Assembly: GCA_041736305.1 (NCBI GenBank)
Contig: JBGSTX010000002.1
Location: 1 to 60,067 of the forward strand
Length of the DNA: 60,067 nucleotides
Direction of reading: 5' to 3'
Source of the DNA: Oligoflexus sp.
GTDB lineage: Bacteria > Bdellovibrionota_B > Oligoflexia > Oligoflexales > Oligoflexaceae
Below the pieces are notes generated by a model that was not told the DNA's origin, did no database searches, and saw nothing but the letters and a program-made list of their open reading frames with translations. Both the position numbers and the translations under genes were made by a program. Positions 55,607 to 60,067 of the stretch are shown here, in pieces. Within the stretch, counting starts at the first letter, position 1. Each line of letters starts with the position of its first letter.

Positions 55607-58024
55607 TTATTTGACCACAAAATTGACGATTTTCCCTGGAACGTAGATTTCCTTAAGCAAAGTCTTGCCCTCCATGTGACGGCTCACGAGTTCCATGGAG
55701 CGGGCGGCTTCAATAACCGTGCTCTGCGCTGCGGTCTTCTCAACCTCGAGGGTGGCGCGGAGTTTGCCATTGACCTGAATGGAAACAGTCACGGTATCGT
55801 CAATTATTTTCCCTGGGTCAAATTTTGGCCAGGGTTCATAGCTAAGGGAAGGGCGTCCGCCGTAGCGCTCCCAAAGTTCCTCAGCAACGTGAGGTGCATA
55901 AGGTCCAAGAAGGAGAATCATAGCCTTGGCCGCGTCAGCGCTAATAGAGGTTTCCTTCAGCCCCGCATTGACCAGCTCCATCATCGAGGAGATAGCCGTA
56001 TTGAAGCGCATGTGCTCGGTGTCTTCGGTGACCTTTTTAATCGTTTTGTGCAGCTGCTTTTCAAAAGCTTCGCTGCTCTTGCCGTCCTGATGGAGGGCCT
56101 CTCCTTTCGCATCGAGCAGGAGACGCCACATCCTGGACAGAAAGCGATGGGTTCCGACGATTCCATCCGACTTCCAAGGCTTGACAGCCTCGAGTGGGCC
56201 CATGAACATTTCATAAAGGCGGAAGGCGTCAGCACCCCAGGCCTCAATTACTTCATCAGGATTTACGACGTTGCCCCGGCTCTTCGACATTTTTTCGCCG
56301 TTTTCACCGAGTATCATTCCCTGATTAACTAGCTTTTGGAAAGGTTCCGTGGTGCTCACACAACCGCAATCATAGAGCACTTTGTGCCAAAAGCGTGCAT
56401 AGAGCAGGTGGAGTACCGCGTGCTCGACACCGCCCACATAGAGATCCACAGGCATCCAGTAGCGCTCTTTGGAGCGGTCCCAGGCTTCTTTGTCGTTCTT
56501 AGGATCGATGTAGCGTAGATAGTACCAGCAAGATCCCGCCCACTGCGGCATGGTGTTGGTTTCGCGCTGATACTCGACTCCATCGCGCTTATAGACGAGC
56601 CAATCTTTGACTTTGGCGAGGGGTGATTCCCCAGTCTTGCTCGGTTTAAAATCATCGAGATCAGGCAAAAGAAGCGGTAGCTCGCTTTCCTTGATCACGA
56701 TCTCATTGCCGTCCTTATCGCGCGCTAAAGGAATCGGCTCGCCCCAGTAGCGTTGACGCGAAAAGAGCCAGTCGCGCAGCTTATAGGTGATGGTTCGTTT
56801 ACCTATCTTATTTTTTTCTAGCCAAGATATCATGGCGTCGATCGCTGCAGCTTTCTCTAGTCCATTTAGAAAGCCCGAGTTGATGAGTCGTCCATTACCG
56901 GTGTGCGGAGCTTCTTCGATAGGCGTCTCTGAGCCATCCAAAACGCGACGAATCGGTAATTTATAGCTAAGGGCAAATTCATGGTCGCGCTCGTCGTGTC
57001 CAGGAACGGCCATGATCGCGCCGTGTCCGTAGCTGATCAAAACGTAGTCGGCGATATAAATGGGCAAGAGTTCGTCATTCAGGGGATTGATCGCAAAGGC
57101 CCCGGTGAAAACGCCACTTTTCTCGGTCGTAGCGAGTCGCTCACGATCAGCGCGCATGGCTACGCTAGCGACGTAATCCCTAACAGCAGTTGCTTGCTCT
57201 CGACTCGTTATTTTCTCGACCAGAGGATGCTCTGGAGCGATCACCATAAAGGTAGCGCCATAGAGCGTGTCGGGTCGGGTCGTGAAGACTTCCAGAGTTT
57301 CCCCGTGCCCCTTCAGCTTAAAGCTGAGTTCGGCACCGACGCTTTTCCCTATCCAATTTCTTTGCATCTCTTTGATGGATTCAGGCCAATCGAGGCCATC
57401 GAGATCTTCTAGTAGACGCTCGGCGTAGGCGGTAATCTTTAAAATCCATTGCCGCATCGGCTTTTTAATAACCGGAAATCCGCCAACCTCCGATTTGCCA
57501 TCGATGACTTCTTCGTTGGCGAGCACGGTACCGAGTTCCTCGCACCAATTCACTGGCTGCTCAGCTTGATACGCAAGTCCACGCTCGTAAAGTTTCAGAA
57601 ATATCCACTGCGTCCACTTGTAATAATTCGGATCGGTTGTATCGATTTCCCTATCCCAGTCGTAGGAGAGGCCAATCGACTGTATCTGCCGGCGGAATAC
57701 ATCGACATTCTTCTTGGTCGTATTGCGAGGATGGGTGCCGGTCTTCACCGCGTGTTGCTCCGCGGGCAAACCGAAGGCGTCCCAACCCATCGGATGGAGG
57801 ACGTTGAATCCTTGGGCGCGCTTATAACGAGCTAGGATATCGGTAGCGGTGTAGCCTTCCGGGTGGCCCACGTGGAGACCAGCCCCAGAGGGATAGGGGA
57901 ACATGTCGAGCACATAGAACTTCGGCTTGTCTGATTGTTCCGGGGTCTTAAAAGTCTTATTGCTGAGCCAAAAATCCTGCCATTTTTTTTCCATGGATTT
58001 TGGATCGTATTCCATATGCTCCAT
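55607..58024 (-). CDS. leuS: Leucine--tRNA ligase
   Basis: [38 protein letters not shown]. Confidence 0.99.
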   Translation of the reverse strand: MEHMEYDPKSMEKKWQDFWLSNKTFKTPEQSDKPKFYVLDMFPYPSGAGLHVGHPEGYTATDILARYKRAQGFNVLHPMGWDAFGLPAEQHAVKTGTHPRNTTKKNVDVFRRQIQSIGLSYDWDREIDTTDPNYYKWTQWIFLKLYERGLAYQAEQPVNWCEELGTVLANEEVIDGKSEVGGFPVIKKPMRQWILKITAYAERLLEDLDGLDWPESIKEMQRNWIGKSVGAELSFKLKGHGETLEVFTTRPDTLYGATFMVIAPEHPLVEKITSREQATAVRDYVASVAMRADRERLATTEKSGVFTGAFAINPLNDELLPIYIADYVLISYGHGAIMAVPGHDERDHEFALSYKLPIRRVLDGSETPIEEAPHTGNGRLINSGFLNGLEKAAAIDAMISWLEKNKIGKRTITYKLRDWLFSRQRYWGEPIPLARDKDGNEIVIKESELPLLLPDLDDFKPSKTGESPLAKVKDWLVYKRDGVEYQRETNTMPQWAGSCWYYLRYIDPKNDKEAWDRSKERYWMPVDLYVGGVEHAVLHLLYARFWHKVLYDCGCVSTTEPFQKLVNQGMILGENGEKMSKSRGNVVNPDEVIEAWGADAFRLYEMFMGPLEAVKPWKSDGIVGTHRFLSRMWRLLLDAKGEALHQDGKSSEAFEKQLHKTIKKVTEDTEHMRFNTAISSMMELVNAGLKETSISADAAKAMILLLGPYAPHVAEELWERYGGRPSLSYEPWPKFDPGKIIDDTVTVSIQVNGKLRATLEVEKTAAQSTVIEAARSMELVSRHMEGKTLLKEIYVPGKIVNFVVK

Positions 58025-58117
58025 TGGGATTCCCGCCTCCTTGATCGATCGTGCACGAAGGGCACACCATAACACAGAAACGAGGGAGCCCTCAACGAGC
58101 CATGCGGAGCCAAAGTC

Positions 58118-58873
58118 TCAGAAAAACTTGAACTGGATATAGGTGATAAAAAAGTCCAGGATCAGAATCGCCACGTAAGAAGACACTACGGCGCGCGTCG
58201 TCGATTGGCCTACTCCCTTAGCTCCTCCCTGTGCATGGTAGCCTTGATAGCAGCCAATAGAAGAGAAAACAAAGCCAAAAAGTGCTGCCTTTTGCATCCC
58301 CATAAGGAGGTCTTCGAGATCGACGATCCATTCTATTTTTGCAAAAAAATCAGCTAGATCGACCTGAAAGAAAAGCGTTCCGACGAGAAAGGCAGTGATG
58401 ACCCCCGAGAACACCATGATGGAGGAGATAAGCGGCATCATGAGGACCGATGCAAGGATGCGAGGCGAAATCAGATAGGCTATAGGATCGACGGCCATAA
58501 CCCGCATCGCGTCGATTTGTTCATTCACCTTCATGGAGGCTATCTCCGCAGCCATCGCCGAACCGGCGCGTGCGGTGACGAGAAAGGAACCGACCAAGGG
58601 GGCCAGTTCGCGGGCAAGAGCAAATCCTGTGGAAGCGCCGATGAGAGAGGTGGTGCCGAAGATGCGAAAAATATCGCCGAGCTGAAAGCCGAAGATGCCC
58701 CCCACCATCATGCCGGCTAAGCTCGTAATGACGAGACTGCGGTTGCCGACGAACTCCATCTGGGCGAACAGCAGTTTGCCGCTGATAGGCGGGTGAAAGC
58801 ACCGCTTGATGCTAACTGCCACGAAAACGAGGTAGCTACCCAGGACCTGAATGATGCTCTGCACGAAGGACAA
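58118..58873 (-). CDS. mlaE: MlaE-family ABC permease
   Basis: RELAPL, ARAGSAMAAEIASMKVNEQIDAM, GGAKGVG.STT.AVV; start either TTG 58873 or ATG 58903. Confidence 0.93.
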   Translation of the reverse strand: MSFVQSIIQVLGSYLVFVAVSIKRCFHPPISGKLLFAQMEFVGNRSLVITSLAGMMVGGIFGFQLGDIFRIFGTTSLIGASTGFALARELAPLVGSFLVTARAGSAMAAEIASMKVNEQIDAMRVMAVDPIAYLISPRILASVLMMPLISSIMVFSGVITAFLVGTLFFQVDLADFFAKIEWIVDLEDLLMGMQKAALFGFVFSSIGCYQGYHAQGGAKGVGQSTTRAVVSSYVAILILDFFITYIQFKFF

Positions 58874-59011
58874 GATAAATCCCTTCCGGCTTTTGAATGC
58901 CATTCCTGGGAAGGATTTGGCATCAAGATTGGCTTTCAGTTTGCACAAGGCATATAATGCTTGAAGCTCTCTCAATAATTCGAGCTCTTCGTCCTAATGG
59001 AGGCTCCTTCG

Positions 59012-59965
59012 GTGAAATCGATATTTCTCTATCTTGCTTTTCTCACTTGCTTTTACCAGCCTAAACTTTTGGCAGTATGTGCGACCCTCATTAAGGGACC
59101 TTTGGCCATTGATGTCCAGCAGTGCAAGGCCATACAGCCAGAACAGACTTTTACTAGGACCGACAGCAAGTATAACTTCATCCAGGATTTACCACCAGCC
59201 AATCGTACTGCGTTTCTGGACACTTACCGAGGCCTCCTGATAAGAGGCAAAGTCGCCCGCTCTAGCGCTGTCAGGACCGGTCTTACCAGAGAGAAAGGGG
59301 CTCTCAATGGCGAACGAATTCTGGCCTATGTGCAGCCGTCTTCGGCTCCACTGAATTGCCAGGCTATACTCTCACGCCGCATTCAGGCCACCATCGATGA
59401 GGTTTGCTGCGAAGGTGGCGGCGAAGCCCCCTGTCTCCTAGGATCTAGCTACATGCTGAAGCAAATTCAAGTTGTGGCGGAGGCGGCCGGAAATGGTGGG
59501 CCTGGGCAGAAGGGAGGTGGTGTGGCACAAACAGCTATGACCCTCATGGGTAAGGAGGATTATAAGGGAGCCATCGTAGTTCTCGAGAAGGCTCGTTCGC
59601 AAAAAACGATCGATCTGCAGGGCCTCTATCTACTCGCCTCAGCTTATCGCGAAACCGACCGTTGTTCTACGGCCCTACCTTTACTCGAAATCATCTACAG
59701 TAAAATGGAATCCAACAAGAGCGCGAGTGAGGACGAAGAATACGTTAGAAATGGCACCTTGCTCTACGCGCGTTGCCATTCGATGCTCAATCAGCCGGGT
59801 GAAGCGGTCATGGCTCTGCAGGCTTTTCTCATTGAGCCTAAAAAATTCAAAAAAGAAATCAACGCCTCGCTCCATCATCCCGACTTCGGTTGGATTAGAA
59901 CCGACAAGCAATACATCAGGTATGTAGAGTCCGCAAAGCGAGCTCTCGAGAAAGATGTTCCCTAG
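59012..59965 (+). CDS. Secreted Cys-rich protein with C-terminal TPR repeats
   Basis: GGAGG RBS before GTG 59012 (ATG 58997 alternative); signal peptide; Cys-rich N-domain; TPR helices ending in an HPDF motif. Confidence 0.75.
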   Translation: MKSIFLYLAFLTCFYQPKLLAVCATLIKGPLAIDVQQCKAIQPEQTFTRTDSKYNFIQDLPPANRTAFLDTYRGLLIRGKVARSSAVRTGLTREKGALNGERILAYVQPSSAPLNCQAILSRRIQATIDEVCCEGGGEAPCLLGSSYMLKQIQVVAEAAGNGGPGQKGGGVAQTAMTLMGKEDYKGAIVVLEKARSQKTIDLQGLYLLASAYRETDRCSTALPLLEIIYSKMESNKSASEDEEYVRNGTLLYARCHSMLNQPGEAVMALQAFLIEPKKFKKEINASLHHPDFGWIRTDKQYIRYVESAKRALEKDVP

Positions 59966-59968
59966 TTT

Positions 59969-60067
59969 TCAAAGCAAATGGCGCTGAGTTTCCAGGTGTC
60001 GGCGAAGGCCAGCAAGCGCCTGAGCTCGATGACTGATCTGGTTCTTGATGTCTTCTCCAAGTTCAGC
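59969..60067 (-). CDS. rdgB: RdgB/HAM1 non-canonical purine NTP pyrophosphatase, C-terminal fragment (runs off the window)
   Basis: Manual translation of the minus strand gives AELGEDIKNQISHRAQALAGLRRHLETQRHLL*, containing the HAM1 KNxISHR signature. Not in the ORF track. Confidence 0.88.
   Translation of the reverse strand, partial: AELGEDIKNQISHRAQALAGLRRHLETQRHLL

Overview
Gene-dense bacterial chromosome segment. Gene content points to Bdellovibrionota/Oligoflexia or a related deltaproteobacterial lineage; this is inferred from a short flagellin, a GldA/F/G-DUF4340 ABC locus, a PilZ protein, a Cys-containing C-terminal sorting tail and many orphan beta-barrels. Housekeeping genes: proC, plsC, coaBC, pfkA, smpB, an RluA-family synthase, grxC, mrp, yfgM-bamB, manC, der, rnc, mltG, tatD, leuS, mlaE and partial rdgB. 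There is also a fliC-GNAT-fliD-fliS-flgE cluster and several secreted proteases. Best leads: (1) an ORF-less sigma54-type promoter between convergent genes, followed by a highly structured ~137-nt candidate sRNA (34491-34627); (2) an IscB-type omega/HEARO RNA at the left edge (1-200, minus); (3) a large, catalytically intact TnpB with no adjacent tnpA, a structured 3' omega RNA, a sigma28-like promoter and a separate structured RNA upstream; (4) an archaeal-type CoaBC; (5) a lipoprotein/metzincin/beta-barrel surface cluster; (6) a DnaA-box cluster at ~52.06 kb. No CRISPR array, rRNA or tRNA was seen. All family calls rest on motif recognition by eye, with no database searches.
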